In this document: positions 46,590 to 60,177 of the stretch, piece after piece
How the letters are laid out: every line of letters begins with the position of its first letter
Position numbering within the stretch: the stretch's first letter is position 1
Source: the human T2T-CHM13v2.0 reference genome, Homo sapiens
Assembly: GCF_009914755.1 (NCBI RefSeq)
Contig: NC_060934.1
Reading direction: 5' to 3' (one strand)
DNA: 64,000 nucleotides
Made by a program: the position numbers and the translations under genes
The notes under the pieces: generated by a model
The model's input: the letters and a program-made list of their open reading frames with translations, nothing else
The model's database searches: none
Told to the model about the DNA's origin: nothing

Positions 46590-46877
46590 AGACAGAGTCT
46601 TGCCCTGTCACCCAGGCTGGAATGATGCAATGGCACGACCTCGGCTCACTGCAACCTCCGCCTCCCAGGTTCCAGTGAGTCTCCTGCCTCAGCCTCCTGA
46701 ATAGCTGAGATTACAGGCACATGCCACCACATCCAGCTATTTTTTTTTTTTTTTTGTACCTTTAGTAGAGATAGGGTTTTATCATGGCCAGGCTGGTCTT
46801 GAACTCCTGACCTCATGGTCCGTTCACTTCGACCTCCCAAAGTGCTGGGATTACAGGTGTGAGGCACCATGCCCAGC
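46557..46877 (-). mobile_element. AluS
   Basis: Antisense Alu with long T tract. Confidence 0.92.
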
Positions 46878-47539
46878 ACTTCTTTTCTTTTTGGCTGACA
46901 GAATTATTCAAACAATCCCCCAAGCCATGAAAGAACCTACAATTCTATTACCATACTCAGCATACTCATATCTAAGTCAGTTAATTGGACAATTATTTAT
47001 TAGGTACCCACTATCTGTCAGCATCTGAGAAAGGTACTGAGGATACACAAATGGGCAAGATGTAGCTTCTGCTCTGGAGGAAAAAAGTCAGCAGGGGAGG
47101 GGATTATATTACATAGCATCAAGATGCAAATGAGGTAGCAACTTACAAGCTTACAATGAACAGACTCTACAGTAAAGACTTGAAACTGAGTGTTTTGAAA
47201 GAAAGAACATTTTAAATGATAAAACTAATATTATGCCACATTGATGAAAACAAAAACAACAAAAAAGTAAGATCACATTCAATTGAAAAATATAAACAAG
47301 AAAAATTAAAATGCTATTACTCTAACATAACTGCTATCATTATTTTATTCCAATCTATTTTTAGATGAATAATTTCACAGTTATAATCATTAGCTATACG
47401 TTAGGTGTCTTCCTTTCATCTTTGATTATTTCACATATCAGATAAGCCTAATTCCATGTTAACTACCTGCTCGCCCTAATAATTGTAAAGAGCTGCATAG
47501 AGGTATATGTGTATCGATACATATATAGATAAAACAGAG

Positions 47540-49510
47540 ATCTCTTGAAGGATAGTTTGGCTAGATATAGAATTCATAGTTGACAATGCCACCTCCTTCT
47601 GATCCTCATGGTTTTGGATGAGACATCTACTGTCATCCAAATTGTGTCCCCCGCCCCATGGCAACGTGTCATTTTTCTCCAGCTGCTTTTATTTATTTAT
47701 TTATTTTTTTGAGACGGAGTCTCACTCTGTCACCAGGCTGGAGTGCAGTGGCACGATCTCAGCTCACTGCAGTCTCCGCTCCTGGGTTCAAGCCATTCCC
47801 CTGCCTCAGCCTCCCGAGTAGCTGGGACTACAGGCATGCACCACCATGCCCGGCTAATTTTTTTGATTTTAGTAGAGACGGGGTTTCACCATGTTGGAAA
47901 GGATGGTCTCTATCTCCTGACCTTATGATCTGCCCCCCTTCGCCTCCTAAAGTGCTGGGATTACAGGTGTCAGCCACCGCGCCCAGCCTCCAGCTGCTTT
48001 TAAGGTTTTGCCAAATTTGGGATGTTTCCAGCCATTATTTAAAGCTCTTTCAGCTCCATTTTTTTCCCCTCTACTTCTGGCACCCCAAACATATAAATGT
48101 TGGTTCTTCTGTTATTGTCCCACAGGTCCCCAAGGCTCTGTTAATTTTTTTTGTCAGCCTATCTTTGCCCTATCATTTAGATCAGGTAAATTCTACTGAT
48201 CCGTCCTTAGGTTCACTGATTTCTATCTTCTGTCATTTCCTCTCTACTACTGATCTCAAGTTTAGCAAAAGATATAAATGTACAGATTCAAGAAGGTGAA
48301 TGAACACCAAACAGGATATTACATTCACTTTGAAATATCTGCCACTTTGAAAGAAATTCATGCCAAGACACATCATAATTAAATTTCTGAAAATAAAGTT
48401 AATGTAACAGACAAAATGTCCAGGATCTAATCAAATTATCTGTTACCACAGAATGTTTTCTATTTTGGTTATTTTTCAGTTACATAACTGCCATTTATTT
48501 CTATTCTTAAAAATTGGCATATAGTGCACCTACCATAATGGTTCTTTTGTTAACTTCTATTTCTTTGCTGAGCTTTTCTATTTTTTTGTGGCAAGACAAC
48601 TTGTAATTACCTGTTGAAGCATTTTTATGAGAGTTGCTTAAAATCCTTGTCAAGTAATTCCAACATCTGATTTGTCTCAGTGTTGTCATCTGTTGACTGT
48701 CATTTCTTATTCAAGTTGTGATTTTTCTGGTTCTTGGTATGACAGGCTATTTTACATCGTATCCTGAACCTTTTGTCTATTATTTTAATCTTTTATTTTT
48801 AGTAGGCAGTCACTCCATTTGTGTTTAGCATGCAAGCCCTGGCTTAGTTTTTGTGGGCTATGAGTCCAGTGGTAATTTAGTTTTTAAAGCCTTTGCAGTG
48901 TTATTTTGGTCTGCTTGGTTTATCTGGTGCTGCTGGGGTTCCCGAATGGTCCTTCATGATGCTACTTTAGGGAAAGAAGGATTTTCTCCCAAGCCAGGTC
49001 CCATGGTATCTCTGGGAGAAGGGAGTCTCAGGCTCAGGGTAATAAAAAATCTTCCTGGGTTAGATGCTTTTTGCCAGAGGCCCCTGGATGCTCATCTCTC
49101 AGCACAAAAGACAAGTCTCAGGTCTGGATGTTTGTCAGTGGGATTCCTGATATACCCCCGTGCTGGTAGAGCCAGACTCATCTGGTATTACCGACCAGAC
49201 TTCAGTTCCCTCTTCTGTAGGAACGAGCCTCTCTGGGCTGTCTTCTATTGTGTGGTTGTAGGTCGGGAAACATCAAGCCTGGGTAACCTTCCTCTGTTGG
49301 GTGAGGGGTCAGATGTCTTGGAACCATGTTGTTCCTCTAGTCTTGGGGTCCCTCCGCAGTGTGTCTTCCTGGTCCCACCTTTCAGAATTCTCCTTCTGAT
49401 TCCTCTTGCATTATTTTATAATTATACTTACCCAGAGTTTATAATTACACTTTTCAGGGAGGAGCAGGGAGAAATAAATCTACACTCTCTTGTCAAGACC
49501 GGAAGTCAGA
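47540..49510 (-). mobile_element. Old L1M 5'/ORF1-region fragments
   Basis: GAAGGATAGTTTGGCTAGATATAGAATTC, GATAATTCCAACATCTG-like and CAAATTTGGGATGTTTCCAGCCATTATTT motifs; boundaries approximate. Confidence 0.6.
47690..47987 (-). mobile_element. AluSc-like inserted in an old L1
   Basis: Antisense Alu; TSD ctccagctgctttt. Confidence 0.92.
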
Positions 49511-50249
49511 ATACAGTATTTTAAAAAGTTTTATTTGCGCTACTTTCCAAAAGCCAAAAGCCTATCCCAGAATTATTTTTTAAATCATGTGTTCCAGACT
49601 TGAGTAACTTTGGCTGTTCCTCTGGGCATGGAAGAAGTGGCAGTAACAGACAAATTAAATAGTTTTCAAGAGAACAACTTAAAGACATTGTTTGAACTCC
49701 ACAGTGTGGTGCTTTCTATGTAGCTTCAATATTGATTCCAGTATGGTTCCTACATTCACTCATTCAACAACTATTTATTGAGTGCTTACTATGTGCCAGT
49801 ACTGTTTTAAGTCACTGGGGGGACAACGTATTAACAATCTCTGCCCTTGTGGAAGTTTACATTCTCTAAAACATGAAACATTTTCCATTTTTAAAACTCA
49901 GATCGTAACAGCTATTCAGCTTATTGTCTACTCATTCATAGGATCAGCTCTTAAATATGAAAGTCAACTCATTTCTACTACACAAGGAGTATCACATTCC
50001 ATTCAGTGTTTTCAGTCATTTTTTTCACATGTGAAATTTAACTGGACTTGTGTAAGGAACCAGCTAAGTGAGTAAAATAGCAAATATTTTAGTAAAAACG
50101 ACATTCATGCTGGATTAAATTTAGAAGGCTCAAATCTGTTAAATGTTGACATGTTTAACCAAGCACACAAATATGATTGCAAATATATGTGTGGGTGTTT
50201 TTAAATCTCAGTGACTTTTTATAAGTTTTCCTAAAAATAAATGATCGTT

Positions 50250-50770
50250 CAGAGGCCTGCCTTAGGAAGGCCATTTTAACAGAAGCTGACCAATGGAATG
50301 CAAGAGTGAGAAGGAAGGTGAAGATGATCTTTGGTTATGAAGCTTGAACTTGGAAGATGTGGAGACTAACCGTACCATAAATATTAAAGTCAAGAGTGGA
50401 ACTGACTATAGAATGGAGTGTGCTTAGGTTGCAAGCATGCTAAATTTGATGCAAATCCGATACAACTTGAATAGCAAGATATCCAAGTTAAAAATGTCCC
50501 AGCATGAAGATTCTAGAATAGGACTTAGGAAAACAGCAGATTTAGAGTCATCTGGGTGTCATCGGCAAAATGGCTGAAGTTGTAGGAAAGGGTGAGAATC
50601 TCTAAGAAAAATGGCATGAAAAGTGAAGGGTAGAAAGAGACCTGAGGACGGAACCTTCAGATAAGTCAGCTCCAAGCCTCTGCTCTTCTTTTTCTCTTTC
50701 TCTCTTTCACTCTCATCCTCTGACCCTCTAGGTGATCTCATCTGATTATAGAGCTAATTTAGCTAAACAA
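50250..50770. mobile_element. L2 remnants
   Basis: GATTTAGAGTCATC, GCTGAAGTTGTAGGAAAGGGTGAGA L2-like motifs. Confidence 0.5.
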
Positions 50771-51495
50771 ACATGTTCTCTATGTACACTCTTATAATTT
50801 CAATCTGTCCTGATAAAAATAGAAATCAAAATGCAAACAAAATACAGAGCAAATATTTGAAGTAAACACTGAAGCCATGCTAGGTACAAGCAAAGAAATG
50901 AAAAAACCCTAGGCTTATTCAGAAAAGAGTTCTATGGGAGAACTCAGTTCCTATCTTGTAATTTTTGTGAAAATTTCCGGTCTCATATTTATAGGAAAAA
51001 TGAGATTTTGGAAGCTTTAGGAGTCAAGTGTGGTGTACTTGAGGGAGACTTCAGTAAGTGCTGGATGTGGCTGAAAGTAAGACTCAGAATCTATGGTAAA
51101 TATAAAGCCAATGTATATGAGAACTTGGGGAATACAAAGCCAAAACAGCTCATTGTACATGCTCATATTTCTTGAACAAATATATTTAAAAAGAAATAAA
51201 TTCACAAGCTAAGACATGAATGGTGATGGAGTTTGGATCTTGATTGTGTAAGATTTTGAAGAGCATGAGTACCTTAAAATGTTCCTAGACAGCCTAAAGA
51301 GAGAAACGGAAGCTAGAAACAACAACAACAAAAAATACTTTTTCTTTTTTTTTTTAAACTGAAGCTTTAAAATTTCACCAGCAAAGACAAGAAATAGTGA
51401 AAGGGAAAATGATGCACACAGGTTGACTCATGCAAACTGAAACTAAAGAACATGTGCAAGATGCTTAATGCCTTTTTAAAAAACATGCAAAGGGA

Positions 51496-51826
51496 GGCTG
51501 GGCGTGGTGGCTCATGCCTGTAAAACCCAGCACTTAGGGAAGCCAAGGTGGGTGGATTAACTTGAGGTCAGGTGTTCGAGACCAGCCTGGCCAACATGGT
51601 GAAACCCGATCTCTACTAATACAAAAATTAGCTAGGTGTGGTGGCATGCGCCTGTAATCCCAGCTACTAGGGAGGCTGAGGCAGGAAAATCACTTTAACC
51701 CAGGAGGGGGAGATTGCAGTGAGCCGAGATCACGCCACTGCACTCCAGCCTAGGCAACAGAGCGAGACTCAGTCTCAAAAACAAAACAAAACAAAACAAA
51801 ACAAAACAAAACAAAACAAAAAAAAA
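51496..51826 (+). mobile_element. AluS with (AAAAC)n tail
   Basis: Alu consensus; gcaaaggga flanks. Confidence 0.92.
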
Positions 51827-53924
51827 CAGCAAAGGGAAACTCTCAAATGAAAGGCATAACTAGACATCTTGGTGGGTGTGACAGAGGTCCAGAAAAGTGC
51901 TTGCTAAGAAGCTGATATGATAGTTGTATATAGCACATTTGAATGGTAGATGGAAGAGATTAACTAGTAGACAGAGGTCCAAAGGCCATGTCTTTAAAAA
52001 TTATATAATCTCAATGCAATCACAGGCTACAAGAAAACTGCTGAGGCTATATGACCCTCACACAGTTTCAAAGTCCAAAGCTATTAGTAAGTCAGTGTCA
52101 TAACTGGTGGCCTAAAACAGTTAGAATCCCAAGCCGAAGGCCAAATTATGACAAGGTAACCTGTTCATAACATAAGCAATTCAGGAAAACCCACTTTAAT
52201 CTCTTTGTCTATGTGGGATTAAAATTTGGTCCTTATTGTGTTATCTTGGCTTTTTTAGAAACCGCTTGTTTCTAAACTCTTAAGTTATCAAAGCAAAAGA
52301 GCAACCAGAGTGACTTTGGTTTGGATGCAGATGCAGCTGGCCTGCAGAATGCATCCTTTAGTAGGTGCTTGATATTAGATGAAATGTGGTTGCTTCTTTG
52401 TTCTGTTCTGCTATGGCTAAAATTAAATCAGTTGTATTTATCTTTAGTTCATTTCTCTCTCCTCAGAAGTCTCCAGCTTAATCACTCTAGACCTCAACTA
52501 GGTTGAGATGGGAGCAAAAACCCAGATGGTGATTTCTGCTGAGAACTTCCACCCCTACCAATGCGTTGAATTGCCTGCACTCATCTCTAACCCCATCCAA
52601 TTTTACATCCCACATGGTAGCAATACAGCCTTTCAGGGCAACTTAAAAGCCTCTCTACTAAATAACTTTACCTCTTTGAAAAGTTGGATAATTTCAAGCA
52701 ACAGTTTACCCTCAAATTTCTAAAAAAGTGCTGGGTGGACCCTCACTGTTCACAATTTCAACTACTGTTTTTGCCTCTTTAGAAGGCTCTCCTTTTTGAG
52801 GAAGAATAAGTTGGCTGAAGGTTGGAGGTATTTTCTCATCTTTCCAGACATAGGGCAGTGCCCATGGTGAAGGTCTGATTTCACAGACAGAACACCATGG
52901 CCAGGGTCCTCTGTGAAGGTGATGCCGTCATTCCTCTTTCTTGCCTGCCACTGAGGATTGTCAGGCTCTGACCCCTCCTACAATGACTACCCACCTCTTC
53001 GAAATCATTTTCCAATTATGACTCATTTTGTTTACATTAATTGATTTGGTCATCTTTTAGAATTAGTTTTGGATCCTGAAGACATACTAAAAATATGAAG
53101 CAGGGTAATAAATACCTTACAATTATCTGGCAAGCCGTTTAAAAGAGCAGGGATGATGGGAAAAGGAGAACGAAAAATTGGTCTACTGTAAGGTATGGTG
53201 AAGACTGAATTACACATAGTTCTCCTGAAAATGAGAAGCTATGTTTTCCAACATCTGAATAAATGTACAAGTCCAAATATCAGGAAACAGAATTTCCAGT
53301 GCAAATTTTATATACAGCATTATTACCAAAAGCATATAGCAGACATTCCATAAAATAACATTTTCCAAATTAATTATGCATACATATACATCTGCTAATT
53401 GAATGACACTGGTAGATACATCTTCATTAAGATGTGAGTTTTATGCTTGTTACTGCATATTTTCAATTATGAATTAAGGGCAAGAATCACCGTCTTCCTG
53501 TGAATACATTCCCATAATTTAAGAATTCCACTAAGCTACATTCTGTCTACCAGTTTGTAAGCAAATGTCTCTACAGACCTTTCAAGTATTTATAGTTGGT
53601 GCACAGTAACTCGACACTTATTTTGTATAATGTTGCTCAACCGAATGTGGGATACTATAATTATAGCATAATTATTCATAGTTACAGTAAAACTCTAAAC
53701 CATTTTATTTAGAATATTTCAGCAGTGAACAGAACCTACATGAAAGTGTGCCAAAATAATTTGTGATTGTTTACTGAAATTTATGAGACTTGTAATAGGC
53801 TCTGTCTGAACACATATGAAAAATGTAGATAGTGATAGTTTCTGTATATGGGCTGGCTTACAGCTTCCCTACATTCATATTTATCTATGAGTTCTGAAAA
53901 ATTGGTAATAGAGTATGATTTTTT

Positions 53925-54500
53925 CAATTGCAGTAAAATATACATAATGTAAAATTTATCATTTTAACTATTTTTAAATATACAGTTGCAGTGGCATTAA
54001 GTACACTCACACTGTTGTGCAACCATCCTCCCCATCCACCTCCAGAACTTTCTCATCACCCCAATCAGAAACTTTGTATCCATTATGCACTAACTACCCA
54101 TTCTCCATCCCCACAGGGTGGCTTATTTCACTTCGCATAATGTACTCAAGGTTCATCCATGTCACCGCATATGTCAGAATTTCCTTCCTGCGGAAGGCTG
54201 GTACTATTCCACTGCATGCACGGAACACAATTCCTGCATCCATTCATGGGTGAATGGGATGACACTTGGGCTGCTTCTACCTTTTGGCTACTGTAAATAA
54301 TGGTGTTATAAACACTGGTGTACAAATATCTGTTCAAGTCCCTGCTTTCAATTCTTTTGGATCTATAGCCAGAGGTGGAATCGCTGAATCATAGGGTAAT
54401 TCTATGTTGAATTTTGTGACGAACCTCCATAGCGTTTTCCAACAGCAGCTGAACCATTTTACGTTCCCACAAGCAATGCACAAACTTCCAATTTATCCAC
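53925..54500 (-). mobile_element. L1MB-type 3' end
   Basis: GGCATTAAGTACACTCACACTGTTGTGCAACCATC...CTCAAGGTTCATCCATGT. Confidence 0.8.
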
Positions 54501-55580
54501 CTCTAAATAGCTGATTTTTAAGAAGAAAAATTTGAATTAAAATCTTGTAATATGATTTCTGGACTTGTTTCTTTTCATCTCTCTTCTCTTTGTCACTTGC
54601 TTTTATCACAAACCATAGAATTTATGATGCAAGACTTAGTTTGATTAGAAACCCTAATTCCAAGAGGTCTGCTGAGGAAGAGAGACAGAGAAAGTTAAAA
54701 GTCATAAAAGTTCATTGAGAGTGTATGTTGCTACAATAAAGAACAACTGGGGGGAGGGGAGTACTGTCATATGACATGGGATCAGAGGGCAGCTTCCTCC
54801 CTGAAATCTTAACGTCATGCTACATTCCTCAGCGTGCAAAGGCAAATTCAACTCAGAAGCTGAGAAGACAAAAACAAGCTTTGATAATAGTCAACTAAAG
54901 GAAAGTACATACAAAATGAAGAAGGAAAAATGAGTTTTGTCCTTCAGATAGAGGCTGAGGAAAATGTAGATAATGTGCACCAACAGTTTCTGTGGCCGCT
55001 TCATGGAGAGGTAATCAAACATTTAGGATTATTTTTCCTGACATATTCTTCAGTCTGCTGTATAAACTGAATGATGATAATTTGGTTTACATATCATATG
55101 CATTTGTTTAGATGAAATAAAGAAATATTTACAGGATTGGAAATTAAGTAAAACATTCAATGGGCTAGAATTAGAATCATTATTTTAAAATTAGAAATAA
55201 AAAACTTCTTTAATTAACATAAAAATATGTTATGCCTGTTATGACACTTCACAAGATACTCATGTAGACACTAAAGCTCTAGTGCTCCTTGATTTGTTTA
55301 TAAAATTGTTTTTAAAAAGAATATTCCACATATATATTTATCAGTTTCATATGAAAATATACTCTCCATAAAGCATAACAATAGTTCGTATTTTATAAAA
55401 TACAGTAATATAAATTTGATGAAACACATGGATTTTTTTAATAAAATCCAAATTTCTTAATAAGGACAGATTAAAATAATTTAGTTAAATTTCACCAGAA
55501 TTAGTTCAAAACAGAATTTCAGAATTACTCTCTGAAAATGAAGGAATATCATATGACCATCTTTCAGAGTTATTTCAAAA

Positions 55581-55681
55581 TTATTCATATAAGATTTTGA
55601 TTAGTTTAGCTACTACATGCACGTTGAGACTATTTCCAAGTAGGCGATAACGCTGTTTCACTGTTATCTTCTCAGGAAATC
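55581..55681 (-). CDS. TRDMT1: TRDMT1 last coding exon (motif X, GNS) with TAA stop
   Basis: tttag|GA TTT CCT...TAT GAA TAA; FPEKITVKQRYRLLGNSLNVHVVAKLIKILYE*. Confidence 0.96.
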
Positions 55682-56019
55682 CTAAAAAGACAAAGAACAA
55701 TTTAAAGAAATCATTTGTAATCACAATTTCCAGAGATGAAAGGATGTATCCTTTAGTAAGGGCACAGCGGTCATTTCATAAGTAAATCACTAAGGTCTCC
55801 ATGAAGTTTTATTAACAAAAGAGAATTTGGAGCCAAAAATATTCTATAACATTATATTGCCTACACAGTGAGATAGTAACACATCACATTATGTGTTATG
55901 CTCAGCACACACACATGTACACATATAATATCCACAGAACTCAGAGAAATGCATGTATTAGTGCACTTTTTAAAAAAGCTGTGGCTGCTATTATTTCACA
56001 GTTCTTTCTTTGATTTAAT

Positions 56020-56920
56020 AATCCTTTTATGGATATAATTTGCATAGCATAAAAATCACCCATTTAAAGTGTACAATTAAGAGGTTGTTAGTATAGTCAC
56101 TGAGTTTTTCAAATATCTCCATTATCTAATTCCAGAATATTTTCATTTCTTCAAAAAAAAATTTCGTACCTATTAGCAGTCACTCCCTACTACCTCCCGG
56201 CCCCCAACCATTAATCTACTTTCTGTTTCTAGGAGTGTCTACTGGATTATATTTCATATAAATGGAGCCATAAAATATGTTGTCTTTTGTGTCTGGTTTC
56301 TTTCACTAAACATGTTTTAAACATTCATTCATGTCATAGCATGTATTAATACTTCATTCCTTGTTGGTGGTGAATAATATTCTATTGTATGGATTTATCA
56401 CATTTTATTTTTCCATTCATTCGTTCATAGACATTTGGATTGTATCTACTTTTTTGGCTGTTGAGAATAATGCTGTTATGAACATTCATGTATGTTTTTG
56501 TATAGATACGTATTTTCAATTCTCTTGGATATATACATAGGGGTGAAACTGCTGGGTCACACACTAACTCTATGTTTAATGTTTGAGGAACCATTAGACT
56601 GTTTTTCAAAGCAGCTGCACCATTTCACATTCACACACCCAAAAGTGTATGAGGGTTCCAATATCTCCACATCTTCATCAATACTGTTATTGCTTGTCTT
56701 TTCTATTTTAGCCATCCTAATGAGTATGAAGTAATATCACATTGTGATTTGATTTACATTTCCCTAATAACTAACTAACATATTTTTAATGTGCTTATTG
56801 GCCATTTATCTATTCCTTTTGGAGAAATGTTGACTCAAATCCTTGCCCATTTTAAAATTGGATTTCTCTTTTTTTAATTGTTGAATGGTAAGAGTCCTTT
56901 ACCTATTCTGGATACAAGTA
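56020..56920 (-). mobile_element. L1MB-type 3' end and ORF2 tail
   Basis: AATCACCCATTTAAAGTGTACAATT...TTTGAGGAACC...GTGCTTATTGGCCATTT. Confidence 0.8.
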
Positions 56921-57595
56921 CCCCACGGGTGTTTTTACACTCTGCTTCCACAAATTGCCTTTCTCATATTGGACTTCCATTTGCTACATTCCTTTCTTAA
57001 AACAAAAAGGCCCATGGATCCCTTATATGCTGGAAGAAGGCCTTGCAAATATCAGCATAAAAGACTGTCCACGTACAAGAGTGTGCACTATAATGTTAGT
57101 TATAATGGCAGGATTCCACATTCAGCATACTCTAGCATAGCAAGGAAATAAAGGAAAAATAAGTTAGATAAGAAAATGAAAAACAATTAGGAGCATTAAG
57201 AATAGCAAAATTTCATATACTCATGAGGACAGGAAGGTAGAATTAGTTACAATCAAGTTGCTTCATTGACACTTGACATTTTATTAACTGCAATAAAATA
57301 ACAGCAATTACTGTTGCAATTAAACATGATCATAAAGTTTCTATTCTAAAGATAATATCTTAGGTAAGCACATTATTTATCTAAAATTATTTACTTCAAA
57401 GTAGCCAGAGGTACAAATGTACCTACAAACAGGCTTTTAGACTATCCCAGAGATGATCTTTTGCAATATTACAATTACCTCAGAAGGAAAGAAAGGTTTG
57501 AAAACAAATAAGTAAGATTCGTACAAATTATATCTATGTGTGTGTGCATGTGTGTGTGTGTGCGTGCATCTGTGCATATTTCTTTAAATCTAAAT

Positions 57596-57746
57596 TATTA
57601 GGTTGGTGCAAAAGCATTGCAGTTTTTGCCACTGAAAGTAAAGCATCTGTGCATATTTCTTTAAATCTAAACTATTAGGTTGGCACAAAAGTAATTGAAG
57701 TTTTTGCCACTGAAAGTGATGGCAAATTACTTTTCTACCAATCTAA
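57596..57746. mobile_element. MADE1 (Hsmar1 MITE): one half copy plus one internally deleted copy
   Basis: TTAGGTTGGTGCAAAAG...TTTTTGCCA terminal repeat seen twice; right end AATTACTTTTCTACCAATCTAA. Confidence 0.85.
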
Positions 57747-58329
57747 CAATTTGTGAAAAAAATGACATAATTTTTTAAGTTAAAAGACAACTTTTAAAAA
57801 ACTTAGATACATTAAAAATAACAATAATAATCCTCAAAAACAAAGAAACATGGGATGAACAAGGTCAAGATATCAGCTTTCACCCGTGAGGACAGGTTAG
57901 TGTTTTTCTTCAAAAGCCCGCTACCGCAGAATACACACCACCAGTCACAGAACCAGGACAGAGGGTTTGGAAGGATCAATGCAGATCCATCATTGCCAGT
58001 AGACAAACAGCTCAAACAATGCCCATTTTTGGACCCAGGGTCAATAATGTTGGAAACACACATGAGGGACAGTTGTGTCACGGTGCTGCTCAGTGGTGAC
58101 ATCAGGGTAAGCTCAACTCCAAAAACATATCACGTATTTTAGAAGGAGGTTCAGTAATTTCAAAGGCTGTTTTTCTAAGTATTATACATATATATTCAAA
58201 GAGCTTTGAAAAATTCTATTTCACCAACTTAAAATTTTAAAAAATGAGAAAAATATTTATGAAATAAAGATTATAAAAGTAAATACATGGCTCATTCTAA
58301 AAATGAAAGCTAAAACAAATTTTACATTA

Positions 58330-58510
58330 TGTCTCAGATATTAGATAAGAATTTCATAAACATTGACTCATTTAACTATCACAATAACTCTATGAAGCAG
58401 GAGTTATGATCATCCTCATTTTACAGAGAAGTAAACTAAAGAAGGGAACGGTTAAGGTGGGGCTGGGATATGAAATCATTCAGTCTGACTCTGGGCTCTG
58501 TGCTCCTTAC
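58330..58510 (-). mobile_element. MIR
   Basis: CATCCTCATTTTACAGAGAAGTAAACT core. Confidence 0.7.
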
Positions 58511-60047
58511 CAAGGTTCAGTATTACCAAAGTGACTACTGCCCTTTGAAAACAAAAAAGCACTGAAGAAAAGCTGAGGAATTCATTTTAATTGAATAGTT
58601 AATCTCTTTTCTGTCTTCAAGAGTATGTCTGATTGCTCATCTGAAAAAAGGAAAAAAAAATAGTAGCTAGGAAAGCAGACTAGGAATGAGAATTCTTAAG
58701 TCTAATTCTCAGCTCTTCTATTTGTTTTGTAATGCTGTCACTCGTTTTGTGACATAAACTACAAGGAAAGTTTGTGTTTTTCTTAAACAACACTCCCCAG
58801 GATATTTGGGACAAAAATGAGATCACCAAGAAAGAGGCAGGGAGTACAAAATAAACCTGGTTGCTGCGACTACACTCAGAGAATCAATTACCAAGAGAGT
58901 AGTCAAATTATATTGGCAGTTTGTTCCCTATGTACAAAATGGTTGTGTTCCAAAACCTCAGCTTAAATCCATTATTTAGAATTTGAAACACGATCTATTA
59001 AACCCATTATTTATTTGAGGGATAGTGCCATATTAATATTACAAAAGTATTGGACTTAACAAAGTTTGACTTTTCTGCATTCAAACTCTCAAGAGTCCTC
59101 AAAAGCACATTTCCTCCTTCTCTAGCCAGGGAAGCATTCGAGGGACGTGAGTCTTCCTCCCAGCCCATCAGCCAGGTACTGGGAGCATGCCCACCCCAGG
59201 CCTAAGAAACCCACAGCCTCCTCAGAGCTGAGAGCACTGGCCCCGGTAGTGGGATCAGGGAGATGGGCTGGGGCATCTCTGAGAAGGCCAAAGCAGTGTG
59301 TCCAATCTCTTCAGAGCACCAATCCCTGGACTTCTTGGACTGCCAATGGAATTAGGCCTTTGACTTTCTCACTCTACAACTAAATCTTCCCATTTGTTCT
59401 TGAGATTCCTTGCTGTAGATCCCCAATCTTTCATTAACTCTGTGTCAATTCATCTCCTGTGTCAATTTCATCTTCTGAGTCCCCCTTTCATTCCATTATG
59501 AAAGCTCCTTCCTAGACAGCCTCTCCACCTCCTCTTTCTCCACCTACCCCTTGTAGGGAAGGATAGGGGCACACAGCTGACACAGGTGTATCTCTGAGGA
59601 GAATAAATACCAATACACCCCCACCCTTCGAAAATAATCCCTCAACTGCCTTTTAATTTATAAAAAGCCAATCAAAAGCATTCTTTCACAAGCTCTAGTG
59701 TGGGGTGATTAGGAGAGGACCTCTGGAAAAGAAAATAAGCTGGAAAGGGGATGCTATGCACAGCCATCTGTGGAAAGAGGCAAGGAGTTGCCAATGTGAC
59801 CCTTCTAGCCATGCCAACCTCTGTGACCCACTACTGGAGTTAGAGAGGGGGAGAATGAGTCAGTAGAGAACCGAATGAGGCAGTTATGAGGGGAAAGAGG
59901 GCAGAAAGATGCCATAAATGGCATGATCAGGAAAGGAAAGAGGTTTCTTGAGCCCATTTGTTTAGGCAACTCCTAGACACACAAGTCCCTAAAGATTTTT
60001 GAGAGTTTTAATACATGAAAGCTGAATTCTGCACGTATCCCACATAC

Positions 60048-60177
60048 CGAACTCTGGAGGAAATCCAAGGAGATTTGCTATTTCTTTAGGAGTGAAATAT
60101 CGCAGTTTAAGTATTAACAGCTTTGTTATCTGTTCTTCTTGTGACAAATTGGTAAGGGATTTGTAGATATTCTCAAC
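60048..60177 (-). CDS. TRDMT1: TRDMT1 penultimate coding exon (130 nt, C5-MTase motif IX)
   Basis: cag|GTT GAG...TTC G|GTATGT; VENIYKSLTNLSQEEQITKLLILKLRYFTPKEIANLLGFPPEF. Confidence 0.96.

Larger units (their letters stand above)
43874..55580 (-). other. TRDMT1: TRDMT1 3'UTR region with several candidate polyadenylation signals
   Basis: Minus-strand ATTAAA at 55437-55442 and 55209-55214; AATAAA at 53704-53709, 49530-49535 and 43874-43879. Usage cannot be read from sequence. Confidence 0.5.

Noticed and set aside
48853-49524. 223-aa ORF, the longest in the track
   Set aside because: GTG start, lies in decayed L1M-derived sequence, no recognisable domain or splice context.
57596-57746. Calling a miR-548 gene
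   Set aside because: The right arm is partly deleted and mismatched, and there is no expression evidence in the sequence.
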